Part shown: positions 47,802-59,670 of the stretch, piece after piece
Layout of the letters: each line of letters opens with the position of its first letter
Position numbering within the stretch: the stretch's first letter is position 1
Made by a program: the position numbers and the translations under genes
The notes under the pieces: model-generated
Databases searched by the model: none
Seen by the model: the letters and a program-made list of their open reading frames with translations, nothing else
What the model was told of the DNA's origin: nothing
Source: Blastocladiella emersonii ATCC 22665
Taxonomy: Eukaryota; Fungi; Blastocladiomycota
NCBI GenBank assembly: GCA_025594325.1
Contig: JANHCV010000010.1
Location: forward strand, 1,302,001-1,366,000
Direction: 5' to 3'
Length of the DNA stretch: 64,000 nt

Positions 47802-49106
47802 ATGAAGCTCGGACCGTTGAAACACCGCCTGCAACACGTCAGAAAAACCTTGCCCTATGTGATTATCGAAGAGATCCTGATTCAGGCCGTGCTTCGTGAT
47901 CCGCGAGGTGTCGATCCGATCCCGCTCCTCGGCGTTGCGCCAGGCTTTCCTCGGCTTCGCGAAACCGTTTGCCGCTGGTCGACGCACCCTCGGTTCTGCG
48001 AGCTTGCGTTGAACCCGAAGCACGGTGTGCTCCGCGACCAGGTGTTGAAGCTTCGCGGCCGACCTGCGTTCGTGCCCGCTGCGGACGATGCCGACGACTC
48101 GGACGACGGCAACGAAAGCGACGAAGGCGACGATGAAGACGAAAAGGAGAACGAGGAGGATGCCGAAGATGAAATCGAACACAACCCGAGCCACTTCTAC
48201 CTCTCGCTGCTGTGCGCGGCCAACCGCGCTGACATGGTCCAATCGTGGTGGGCTTCGGTGCGCGCCGAGTCGGGCTTCTCGAGCCTCGTCGACTATGCGT
48301 CCTCGCACAACCTCGTCAACGTGCTCAAGTACTTGCTGGCAAACGACATGATTGACGCGTACACTGCGCGCGGCGTCGACGACGCGTGTCGGCTCGGCCA
48401 CCAAGACGTTCTCACCTGGTGGAACAACTCGGAGCTCGACATCCTGCGCACGGACGAGGCCATACACGCGGCTATCGACAACAACGATGCCGAGGCGGTG
48501 GAGTGGATCTATTTCGCCAGTCACTACGAAGAGCTTGATTTCATGTTCAAGGTCCCCGAGCGTGCGTTCAAAGCGGGCGCGACCAAGGTGCTAGATAAGT
48601 TTGCTGACCTTGAATTCAACTGGGATTGGTGCGAGGACACGGAGTGGCAGAAGGTGGCGACCGAAATGATCGACCTCGGCCACCTGCACGTTCTGGATTG
48701 GATGCACTACGAGATCCCGTCCATGTACCTCAGCCTGGACCCGGATCATCAGTACCGCTACGGCTACGGAAACACGTTCTCGGATCGCGACTACTACGAG
48801 TACGACGACGGCGGCAAGGAGTTCTGGGCGCACGTCATCGAGTACGCGAGCAAGGGGAACAACGTTGAAGCGCTTGCGTTTCTTGCACGTCTCCTTTCCT
48901 CGCGCAAGAACCTTTGGACGTGTCCCAAGAAATGGGCCAGCGTGGCAGGCACCGATCCTGACGACGAGCGCGCGGTGCTCAAGCGGCTCAAGTGGTGGTT
49001 CGACTCTGACTACGAGCTCAGCTACAACCCGGACGAGTGCATCGAGGCCGCCACGAAGCTTGGGCTGCATCGAATCGCCAAGTGGTGGCGGAAAGTATCC
49101 AAATAA
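47802..49106 (+). CDS. F-box-like N-terminus plus divergent ankyrin-like repeat protein
   Basis: LPYVIIEEILIQAV; repeats VDYASSHNLVNVLKYL, VDDACRLGHQDVLTWW, IHAAIDNNDAEAVEW, IEYASKGNNVEALAFL, IEAATKLGLHRIAKWW; acidic insert. ATG 47781 is an alternative start. Confidence 0.75.
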   Translation: MKLGPLKHRLQHVRKTLPYVIIEEILIQAVLRDPRGVDPIPLLGVAPGFPRLRETVCRWSTHPRFCELALNPKHGVLRDQVLKLRGRPAFVPAADDADDSDDGNESDEGDDEDEKENEEDAEDEIEHNPSHFYLSLLCAANRADMVQSWWASVRAESGFSSLVDYASSHNLVNVLKYLLANDMIDAYTARGVDDACRLGHQDVLTWWNNSELDILRTDEAIHAAIDNNDAEAVEWIYFASHYEELDFMFKVPERAFKAGATKVLDKFADLEFNWDWCEDTEWQKVATEMIDLGHLHVLDWMHYEIPSMYLSLDPDHQYRYGYGNTFSDRDYYEYDDGGKEFWAHVIEYASKGNNVEALAFLARLLSSRKNLWTCPKKWASVAGTDPDDERAVLKRLKWWFDSDYELSYNPDECIEAATKLGLHRIAKWWRKVSK

Positions 49107-49826
49107 GAGCCGAGCTTCCGCGACTACGAGAGCTTTAATAGAGTCTGTCCTTCTCCAGCCGATATCCCTCGCGAGAACCGAGAGCGTGCAAACTCGCTCC
49201 TGAGCTTCCAGCTCCGCGCACTTGCAGGCGAGCTGCCGACCCGCGCCCGTCTGCACCAATTCTGGCCGCACAGCTACAAGTCGCCCAACTGCGCCGAGTG
49301 CCTCAAAGCTGGTGTCGAGATCGCCGACACGCAGGCGCACGCGTTCGCGGTACCCCGCGCTTCGTGTCGCCCGCCCGCTACTCGTCCGCCCGGACGGGAT
49401 CTCCTCCGGCGCCGACGACCTCGAGGCGCGCCATTTCGATCATGTACACGACGCGTGGGTCAAGGTCGACGACGAGGGCCTGCGTCTCGGCGGTTGGCGC
49501 ACAGCTGAGGGCCCAGCAGAAGGTGAGCCGTGCGCGCCTCTGTTCCGAATGTGCTGTGACGAGCTCCTCCTTGGTTTTCTCTCTCGTTTGGTGTCTGTGT
49601 GGTTTTGCATGTTTAGATTCAATCACGTGGAATAGATGAGCAGTGAACAAAACGGACGCGAGAACCGAGAGACGCGTCGATTTATCATGTGACGGAGACG
49701 CGCGCGAGACACCCCGACCCGCGCGGAACTGCCGCAAGCGACCAAGTCCAGGATGTAGAGCCCCTAACAAATCTATTCAGCCACAACTTTTTCCGATTCA
49801 TACATGGTGGGTAGTCGACAGAAAGA

Positions 49827-50885
49827 TCAGGGCTCGGCCGTAGCCGCCATAGCGGGTGTACTCGCCGTCGCCGACGCGGACCCGTTGGCGCCCTTGGCGT
49901 TGGCGAGCGAGTTGGACGAGGCGCGCGGGGTGACGGTGACGGACGACGGGGGCGACGGCGTGCCCTTGCGCTTGAGGCCCGAGATCATGCGGCCAAACTT
50001 TTGCCGGATCGAGTCGCCCCACTGCGCGCCCGCGCCGGTGGCGGCGGCGTTGGCCTGGTTGGTGGTGGTCTCGGCGCCGCCATCGGGCGACGACGTGGAC
50101 CGGCGCCCGCTCGCTGTCGAGCCCGACGAGGACGACGAGGAGAGGAACATGGTCGGCGTGAGCCCGCGGAGCAGCGGACTCCCGCGCCCGCTCCCCGACC
50201 CGCCGCTGCCGCTCGCGTGCGAGTGCGCGGCGCGCAGGTGCGGCTTGTAGCCGTCGAGGTACTTGACCTGGGTGGTGTTGAAGGCGCCGCGGCGGCGCGC
50301 GCGCACGTACTCGATGGCGTCGAGCGGCGACATGCCGTGCTCGATGAGCGCCACGGCGATGAGCACGGGTGCGCGGCCGAGCCCCGCGACGCAGTGCACG
50401 GCGATGGTGGGCGGCGGCAGGTTCGACGGGACCGCCGGGACCGCAGAATCGGCGTCGCCGTTCAGCTCGGTCGACGAGGCGGACGCGAGCGAGGCGGGGC
50501 GCGAGCGCGGGCTAGCGCGCGGCGACGCGTCGGCGGCCGCAGACGGCGAGGCATGTCCGTTACCCGCGGCGGCGGCGGCGACAGCGGCGCGCTGCTCGAC
50601 GAGGGCCATGAACTTGTGCAGGACGGCCGAGGGCGGGACGCCGCCGTCGCGGAACGACATGTCGTGGACGGTGATGCCGGCGGCGTTGAGCGAGTCGGTG
50701 GCGTAGGTGGGCTCGCACACGCGGACCACGTCCGTGACGTGCTCCTTCTGCAGGATCTTGAGGACGGCGGGCAGCGTCGACTCGGTCGGGCAGTCGAGGA
50801 TCAGGAAGCGCAGGTCGCCGTACTGCACGATCGAGAACATGCGCGACAGGTACGACGTGGGCGCGATGCGGTCCGAGGCGTACAT
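49827..50885 (-). CDS. PTP4A: PRL-type protein tyrosine phosphatase
   Basis: LRFLILDCPT, VVRVCEPTY, FRDGGVPP, P-loop HCVAGLGRAPVL, YVRARRRGAFN. Confidence 0.93.
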   Translation of the reverse strand: MYASDRIAPTSYLSRMFSIVQYGDLRFLILDCPTESTLPAVLKILQKEHVTDVVRVCEPTYATDSLNAAGITVHDMSFRDGGVPPSAVLHKFMALVEQRAAVAAAAAGNGHASPSAAADASPRASPRSRPASLASASSTELNGDADSAVPAVPSNLPPPTIAVHCVAGLGRAPVLIAVALIEHGMSPLDAIEYVRARRRGAFNTTQVKYLDGYKPHLRAAHSHASGSGGSGSGRGSPLLRGLTPTMFLSSSSSSGSTASGRRSTSSPDGGAETTTNQANAAATGAGAQWGDSIRQKFGRMISGLKRKGTPSPPSSVTVTPRASSNSLANAKGANGSASATASTPAMAATAEP

Positions 50886-51561
50886 GTTGGTGATGACGGG
50901 GTTGGGGACGTGTTCAAGTGCGGGTGCGGGAGGAGTTCACTCAGGGGCGGCGAAGCGTGTGCTGGGCCAGGCAGTAGGGGAGGCAGGCCGAGTGCACCAG
51001 GACGAGCGGGGCACGGCAGCAGCGGTGGCGGAGACGGCAGCCGGGGCCGAGTCTCATGGGACGGGTCTGGTTGGAGGCGGGCGGGACGCTCGAGGACGGG
51101 CGACCGGGACCGAGGGCGGGAGGAGAGAGAGGGGTGGTTGCGAGGAGCGGGAGCACGGCGAGCGAGCAGTGGCGGGCGGGCGGGGCGAGTCGCGGGGAGC
51201 TTCGAGGCGTGGTGGGGTGGAACAGAGCCGGTGCGTCGGGGCAGAAGGGCGCCAAGTGAAGCGTCTTCTTCGTCCTGGCGGGCGGGCGGGCGGTCGGTCG
51301 GTGGCGCTTGGGCAACTTGACGGCGTCGGTGCAGGGGCAGCAGTGCGAGCAAGGCAGCAGCAGCAGCAGGAGGAGTGCGTAGTCGTGGTCGGCGAGGCGG
51401 ACGGATTGCAGCGAGTGGCGCTGGCGGGAGAGAGAGCGGGGAGCGTTGCGTTGCGTGTGCCAAGCAAAAGGTTAGGCGGGGAGAAGAACGAGCGGGCGGC
51501 GCCGCCGCGCCCCGCCGACGCCGCCGCCACCGACCGGCCGGTTGAAAGCGGCGGCAGCGCG

Positions 51562-51576
51562 ATGAAAAGTGAAACG
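51562..51576 (-). promoter_or_regulatory. Shared upstream 15-mer CGTTTCACTTTTCAT (copy 2, upstream of PRL)
   Basis: Exact match at 33731-33745; both copies are followed on the minus strand by GC(GC)TGCC. Confidence 0.35.
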
Positions 51577-54500
51577 ACCCCACGCACGTGATGTCTCGCA
51601 CCGGAGATAGCCACGCGCCGCGCCACCGCCGCGAAGCGCGTCGATCTGCATCGCAACGTGTCCGCGCACATTCGCGGTTGCATGCAAGCTGATGCATCGC
51701 ACGTTTGACGCTCGCGTGCACTCGATGGGCAACGGGCCTGTCACGGACCGAAGCCATGTTGGCCGGCTCGGCGCGGGAGCACTGACTCGAGCGGCGCTCA
51801 TCCCTGGAGGAGCGAACACTGCTGTGCGTCAGAGGCCCTCGTTACGATGGCCGAGAGGCCCCGCCTGAGATTGCATAAAGCTACATGGGGTCACCGAATC
51901 GGCGGGCGCGACGGCCAGGAGGAGAGCCGTCTCGGCGCTCAGCTTCCGGCGACATGGGATTCGACGGAGATGTGTGCCTGACACGAGCTTCCGATTGTGG
52001 AGCAGAAACAACTGACTCGTAGACTGGCTGGCTCCCGCGGATGCAACCTTGGTCTGAAAGTAAAGCTTGGGCGCGGTGCCTGCGTGTCACACATCGGTTG
52101 CTCGCGCTGGGCGGAAACTACACTGTACCGCCGAGGCCCCGACTCCTTGAGAAGTACAACAACGATGTTGAAGACTGAGTCGCATTCTCGTTGCAGAACC
52201 TCGCACACCGCCGGAGGTCCTTAACACCTCGCACGCGTTTGGTCCGGCAGCGACTTTCTCAGATCGCTTCCCGTGCAGATTCGGCGGTCTACGCCTCGAT
52301 CGACGAGGATTGCGACGTTGTGGCGGCTAAGGCGTTGGACCACAGACGGTTCCTTGCACACTTGCTGCTTCGTTACCATGGCCTCGCGCACATCCGCTGC
52401 ACGACGCTGAGCGTAGGCGCGGCAGCAGGTCAAGATCAGCATTCTGTACACTGATTCGAGTGTTGCCGACTCAGAGCTGGCGACGACGCTTGAGAACCGC
52501 GTGGTACGGGAACAGCGAGTCGATGAGGAGCTCGAAGACATGCCCTTGCGCAAAGTTCGAGAGACCGAGGATTCCGCCCTTGCTGTGCCGTTTCAGGGGT
52601 CTCTCGACCATCCGCTGAGCAAGCTTGACGATGACCGCGACCCGCTTGGATCCCGCCGACTCGACACTGCTCACGCTATCGTCGTTCGCGAAACCCACGG
52701 ACCTGCCTGTTCGACGCGGCTTGCTGAATTAGAAAAGCGCGACCCGATAAGAAAGGCGTTCCCGGTCACTCACGGCAAACATCATGTTTGAACATAATGT
52801 AGTTGTAGCAGGAGCACAAGAAGAGTCACGGATGGCCGGCTTAAATGTATTCGTTGTCAGACACGCTCCCCATGCCTCGCGACCAGTACCCGACACGCGC
52901 CAGCAGGAAGTTGACGGGCCTTCTGCGACCCGAGGCTGGATGGGATGGATGGTGGGCCGGCCAGGACGCGAACACGAACAACGACGCCATGACTTCGTCG
53001 ACGGCATTAGCGCTTGATCTTCTTCGAGGCAAAGAGCCGCCGCGGAGTGACTCGACGATGCGGTACGACAGCACGATCTTGTCGGGTACGCGCGCCGCGG
53101 CGGGACCTTGGTGGACAGATCTACGCGAGAGTGAGCGTGAGAGTGGGCTCTTCTGACCCGAGACGAGAGACGAGCCAGGACGCGGTACCTCGAACATGCC
53201 GCGAACCACGGCCATGGCGGACTTGGTGCTGGCGGGACGTGAAGCCGCCGCGGACCAAACAGGTCGCTGAGCGCGCGCGTGGTCTTGAACTCGACGAGGA
53301 TGCACGCACGCGCGGATGACAATGTCGAAGAAGATGATCTACACGCGCGGCAGGCGAGGGTCTCGAGGTGAGCCACGCGGTGGGGACCAGTCAAAGAGTC
53401 GCGGGCATCGGTGCCGCGCCGTACCTGCTGCTCTCGAGGCCATACGCGCTTGGGCTTGAACACACGGGTGCCCCCTGATGCTGATCATCTCGAGGATCTC
53501 TACACGGCACGGATCAGCGAGTGTGAGTTGGTGCCCGATCACCACGGCGGCAGCGACTCGTGAGAAGCGTACCCTTGCCGCCGCCGTAGCCGTAACTGGG
53601 TCGACTTTTGAGCGAGCGAGCGGTACCTTGATGGCTCGCGGTTCGCCGCGTCGTCCGTCATACCGCACCGCACCGCACCGACCGCGCCACGACCAGCCGC
53701 CAGACACGCGAGAGGGGCACTACGGAATATAGTGCGGGTTCCACCACCTGCCGAGCTCGACCACGCTCGAAGCAGTGTGTACTGGGCGTTGCCCCCCGAC
53801 GTGCCGGGCGGATGGCCGTGGCGCGATACGACACAACGGCGCGGTCCTCGCGAGCGAACGGAACCGCACCGCACCGCGCTTGAAGAGTAATCTACACGAC
53901 GAGGCGCGTGAGTTCTCGGATCTCGACGACGATGACGACGCCGCCCAGCTGGGCGGCCGAAACACGGTACCTCCGCCTACGCGTGTCGCAATGACAACGG
54001 CCGGGCCGGATCAAATAAGTTGGCTGGCATCTGCCCTTGAAGCGACGCAACAAGTCGCTGCGACTGAAGCTGTGCGTGAGGAGGATTCATGGCGGCGGAC
54101 GAGGTTTGGGAGCGAAGACACGAATCAGACGCCAGAATCGATGTCCTACTGATGTTGACGTCGGGTACCAGTCGGTACCGTGTAGGTTGAGAGCAACTGA
54201 TGGCACCAAGCAAAAGCTCAGCACCAGCTCCTCGGTCAGGGCCAGCAAGCTTGCACAGCTTACACACCGAGGTCGGCTGATGCACCACTTCACGCATCAT
54301 CCTCGCCCGATCCTAGCGCTCGCTGTTTCCGGCAGGCCTTGCGCCGAGCGTAGCCCTCCGCGTCGGATCGGTCGCAAGGGAGCCAAGTCCGGGCCGGCAG
54401 GTGGTCGCCTAGCCCACAGGACAAGAATGCATCGAGTCCCTCATGACATGATACATGGCATCGTTTTCGATAGACGTTCGAGAGAACGGCAGCGACCGTC

Positions 54501-57269
54501 AGATGGCAAAAGCGGTCGCGTTGCGCCACCTGTTGCGCCACTTCTCGCCGCTCCCCGTTCATCGCCCCACGCTGCGCCCCCGCTCTCCCCCGGCCCTCGC
54601 GATACGCAATGAATAGCTTGGCGAGATCATGTACAACTTGCAGCAACTGTTCAGTTAAGCTGCCGTCGGGACGGACTAGTCGTCGCGCGTGCTGAGCCTG
54701 GTGAGGCGCGCGCGTCGGTTGGTCATATTTACCTGATCTTCTTGGTCAAAATGGATCGTTGAGCTGTCTTCACCTCTTTCCTGAGACTTGCTGACGCGGC
54801 ACGGTGGACTCAGTACCGCGTGATGTTCCTCGAAGCGGCACGTTCAATTAGACTCTTCACTCGGACCTGCTTGGCTCTACCCGCACCCGTTGGATCGAGT
54901 ATTTCATGAAACCTCCGAGACTTCTTGCCGTGCTGTCTCGTTCTACTTGAGCCATTGAATCGGGTTCCTGCCCATCAGCGAGACGCGCTGCGTCCACGGC
55001 GCCGGCCACGCGCAACGCCACTCCGTCAGAACTCTCACGCCGCCGCGCATCCCGTCCGCGCTCCGTTGAACTGACCTCCTCGCGATGCAGCACATGAATA
55101 GGACGAGCCCACTTGATGCAATCCCTCGTCCTCGCCCTTTTCCCTCGAATTCCATGGACGGCCGCACGTTCGGTCCCAGAACATGTTGCGTGTTGCTCGG
55201 CTTCTCAGGCGTAACCCCTGAGAAGCTCGTGGACCTCACGCCGAGCAACTCTTCCTTGCACTTTACCCTCGATATTGGCCTCCCCGACGTCCTCTCGACG
55301 TCCTCTCGACGGTTTTTCACTGGCGAGGCGCTGTTCGGTGGCCTCGCACCACCGGAGCGGCGCTGTGCGACTGTTGAACTAACGTCCAAGCGGCCGTTCT
55401 CGATCTCCGGCCAGTGGCGGTAACTTTGGGCAGGCCCGGCCTCACCGTTCGAGCACTTCCTCATGTCGACCCGAACTAGCCCTCAACGCCGTGCGTGACG
55501 GCTCAGCCTTGCGCCGAGCCGCATCACCGGGGTTTTTTGAGCAAGACTTGTTATGTAGGGCAGGCTCGTCTCCTGCGAGACCGGCGTTCGTTCCTCTCAT
55601 CAAACTCGCGGATCGACGGCACCGGCGTGCTGGCTGCACGTGTGGCGGTCTCCCTGCTTGCGAAAAAAAAATGTCTCCAAACGCACACGTGATTTTCAGG
55701 TGAGCAAAGACGCGTCTCCCACTCTTCTGCGACACATTTTTGCGCGCGCTTCGGAGCGCGAGAGCGTTCCGCCGGAAGCGGTGCTCGGGCACCCAGCGAA
55801 CGAGGCACACTTGGCGCAACGGATCCTTCATAATCGCGGGGCGGGCGCGTGCAGCGCCGGCCGCGCTCGCCCCGCCTCCCCGGCCCGGCCCGCGTACAAA
55901 TCGCGCGCCCCGGTCCCGTCCCCGCTCTCTCGCTCTTCAGAACCCCGCAAGCCTTCCCTCACTACACTGCTCACTCATCCGCTCCCGCCCCATGCAACCC
56001 GATCCCAAGTGTACGACGACGGCACTTCTTCTCGCGCATCTGCCGCCTGTCGCGGTCGCTCCGATCCACATCCCCACCCCATGCAACACACACACCTCGC
56101 TGCTCGCCGATCCACTGCGCCGCGGGCTGCCGTTGTTGGTAGTAAGGAGTGTCGCCGACCCGGGGGCGGGCGGCTGACTTCCCCAACCCTTCGCTGAAGA
56201 GACGTTTGGTCTCGTTGCAGTCTGCTGGCCCGATGTTGCTACCGCTCCGGCCGCGCGTGCTCTGTTGCGCGCGCGGGCAGTGCCCTTCGGTGGAGATGTG
56301 TGTGCAGCGCCTCGAGGCGTTCGTGACCAACTGCGCCTGGACTCGTACCTGAACTGGGGTGTCCGGGTTCTCGCTGTCAGTTGCGGTTCCGCGCATCGAC
56401 GTGCACGCAGTTTTGTTGTGGGCGGCTGGACCATACGCGACCAGTCTCCGGTGCCTCGGCCCGCTTCCCCGCCGTGCTCATGATACACGCGCGTAAGCGG
56501 TTCGGGACTTGGCGCCAGGACGGTGCGGAGGTCGATGCGGGCGTTTGGTGGGTGATGGTCGTCGAGCGCCGCGGCGCGTGCGCGGTGCGTGGACAGGAGG
56601 GTGTCGTTAGCCGTCATCGCTCGCTCGCCGTGTGGGGTTCCGCGGCGAGTGATGGGGTCGGGTCATTTTTTGGATCAACGCTTGCGTTGCTACTTTATAT
56701 GTGTCGCTCGGTCTTCCTCTCTCACCAACAAGTCTCTCGGAATGATACGAACTGGATCGCGGTCCCGAGTCTCCCTGACCAGGGCCGCCACCTCTGCGTC
56801 TCGATGGCCATCGCGAGGCCGGGCCACGCCCCGTAGCCCTCGAACCCATTTCTTTCACGTTCGTTCTCGCTTTCACTCACGAGTTTCCTAGGCCTCGCAC
56901 GGCTCGCACTCTTATTGCGGCACGACGTGGCTGTGCGACGGCTCGAACGGCGACTTGCCGCGCGAGACGCGAGCATCACCTGATGGAGGCGCGCGGTGCC
57001 TCGCCCGGTGCGCTGCCGGCCTGGCTGCCGGCCGTGGTGCCTCTTCCCTCCTATCACACACCCTCCTCGCGGCTTCCTTAACAAATCTCGAATTCTCACT
57101 CCCTGCAATGAACTGCTACTTGGCCAAGGACCTAGAACGCCGTTGATCTGACGCGGCGGGCGCCACCAACGGGCTGACACCCCATGAGCCTGCGCCTGCT
57201 CCCGGCTCTTCGACGGCTGCGCTGTAATTGGACCTTCGCAGCTTGATCGAGTCCCACGTCATGTCGTGT

Positions 57270-57690
57270 TTTATACACGTGTCGCACCTGATGCTCTGTT
57301 GTTCGCGGATGGTGCTGTCGATTCCCCACTTAGTCGCGGGTTCGCGATCATTCACACCTCCAGAACACAGCTCAAGGAGCTTCATGATCGGCAAGCTTTC
57401 TTTTCGAATTTTTTTGGACACTCAAGCGTCTTCCGCGACGCAATGATTGCCGAGTTACATTTGAAGCTGGCGCGAGGCCGAAATGATCTTGTGCCAGCAA
57501 TCGCGACACGATGAACAAGGACGACCACTCGCTAGCTCGCAACACGCACGCTGAATGCGGCGAAAGGATTGTGCCTTCCTCGCGACACTTGGCCTTACGG
57601 CCCCGCCCACAGGATGTCCGAGTTAACTGGGTCGACCTGCGTGAGTATGGGTGACGCTGCGAGTCAAACTTTTCCGACTGCAAGCACAAA
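57270..57690 (+). mobile_element. Possible heavily decayed RNase H-like remnant
   Basis: LLFADGAV...GFAII...HSSVFRDAMIA, then in another frame DVRVNWV; order and spacing resemble RNase H motifs but the match is weak. Confidence 0.25.
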
Positions 57691-59670
57691 TGACGCTCAA
57701 TAACGAGTACTGAGTCGCGAGGTTGCGCAACCTGTGGGCCCAAGCAGGACGACGAATTGGACTTCCGCCGCGCACGATATCTCCGCCCTATTTCGTTCAC
57801 TCAAGTTTGCGGGCCATGTCCTTGGTCTCAAATTCCGAATGCCTCAACCCGGCCTCCGTCGACCCGCCCGCACCACGCTGCTGGGCCGCGCTCGCTCGAG
57901 CGCCGTGACAAGTCCGCGTCGCTCGCGCGGGTGTGGCCCTCAAGACGATCGATTGCATCGCAGCGTGGAGCGGGATGTCGTCGTCGGATTCGCGTACACG
58001 ACGGTGGCCGCCATCGGCGTGCTGGGCAGCGGTTTGTGATCGGCGCGTTGACGCGTGCATGTATAGAATTGCGTTCATCTGACTGCCTGATCTACTTCTG
58101 AGGAGCTTCGTGGTGGTGTCCAAGCTGGGTGGCAATCGCCTTTGCCGAGGGAGAACAAAAGTTCATCGCGGCGCCGCCAACGCGGTCAGCTGACCGCGGG
58201 TGACCTCAGTCGCAAAAATTGTCTCACGAGTTGCTGCGCCACACTGCCTCCGGCCCCCCGCCCCGCCCGCTGCCCCGCTGCTGCCGGCGGGAGTACATAA
58301 ACCCTCGAGCCCTCGCCCTCCCAGCTTGTTCACCATCGACTTTACTCTTAGGATCTTGTATCTAGGAGATATCTACCTTGTGTTCCTCACACAAGACACC
58401 ATACGAACGCTGGAAGACGATGCATGGATTCGGCTCCGAAAAGGGAGGCGGGCACGTTGTGGGCGCCTTCGTGCGCCCGCCGAGCCATCGAGGATCTTGG
58501 CCGCCCTCCCATTCCTTGGGCGTGCCGTGGAGCCGAATCGTTCTGACAGCGCTTACGTTGCTACTTTGGCCCTGAACTCGTCACCGTTGAGTGACTGTGT
58601 TGCTACTTTGGCCCGAACTGACCATGCATGCATGCTCGCACTGCTGTGCAGTCGACGCTTCCGCCCAGCGAGTACTGCACACGAGTTCCAAGGTCCCATC
58701 TCGCCCACTCATTGCCGGCGTTTCCGTCACTGAACGCTAGTATGCGTTTTCGGCACCTCCGGTGATATCTGAGAAGCTCGTGTTACCTCACCCCGGATCA
58801 CTGCATGCAGCGTGTGGAAGCGCGAGCCGAGCGAGGAGGATTCACCGCGATCGCGTTGAAGATGGTCGGCCACGAAGCCGAGCTTACCCTCAACTATTTC
58901 ATGCCCGAAGCTGCCCTTCGGAGATGGTTGACTGCAACTGGTCCGCGACGCGTCCTACGGATCAGCGCGAGGATCAGCCAGCCTGACCCGCTTTCTGCGC
59001 CTTGCTCGATCAGGGAAGCCAGCGAGCTGAACGGTCGCAAGTCTGAGCGTACGTGTCTCGGACGGAGTGTCCAACCGAATACTCGAAGTGAGCCAGAATT
59101 GTTGCGTTCAGGAGCACCGGGAACGTTGATCAGGCCGTTTCCAGGGCCGCGAGACATTCAACCTTTCAGTCAAGCACTGCGTGATTCCAACCCTGAAGAG
59201 CAACAGCATCAAGTGCGGCTCGCTCCTTGAGATTGTTGAAGCAACACGTCATTCAGGCCAGCAAGGCGCGAGCGGACCAACCACCAAGGAGCCCCGTGGA
59301 ACGTTCGACGCTTTGAGACGCAGACCCTCGGAACTGAAGCCCTAGCAAGCAACTTGCACCAAGTGGCGGCCGAGTTCGGGATCCTCGAGTTACACGATGC
59401 GAGACGCGTTCGAGAATCAGGTGACCGCACGCGCGCGTCTCACGACGCGTCTCAAGCGTTTGGAGATTTTCGGCGCGACGCGTCGTGGGCGCAGCCTCTC
59501 CCGGCCGCTCCGCCGCTCCGCCGCGCGCGCTCTCCTCGCGAAAACCCCACCTGCCGCTCCGGGAGCGAGTCGCCTGCAACTCGCAGAACATGCATCTTAC
59601 TTCACACGACGAGAAATAGCACTTCGCGCAACCGCCTCACGAACCACCACCCTACGCCCCCATCTCTTCG

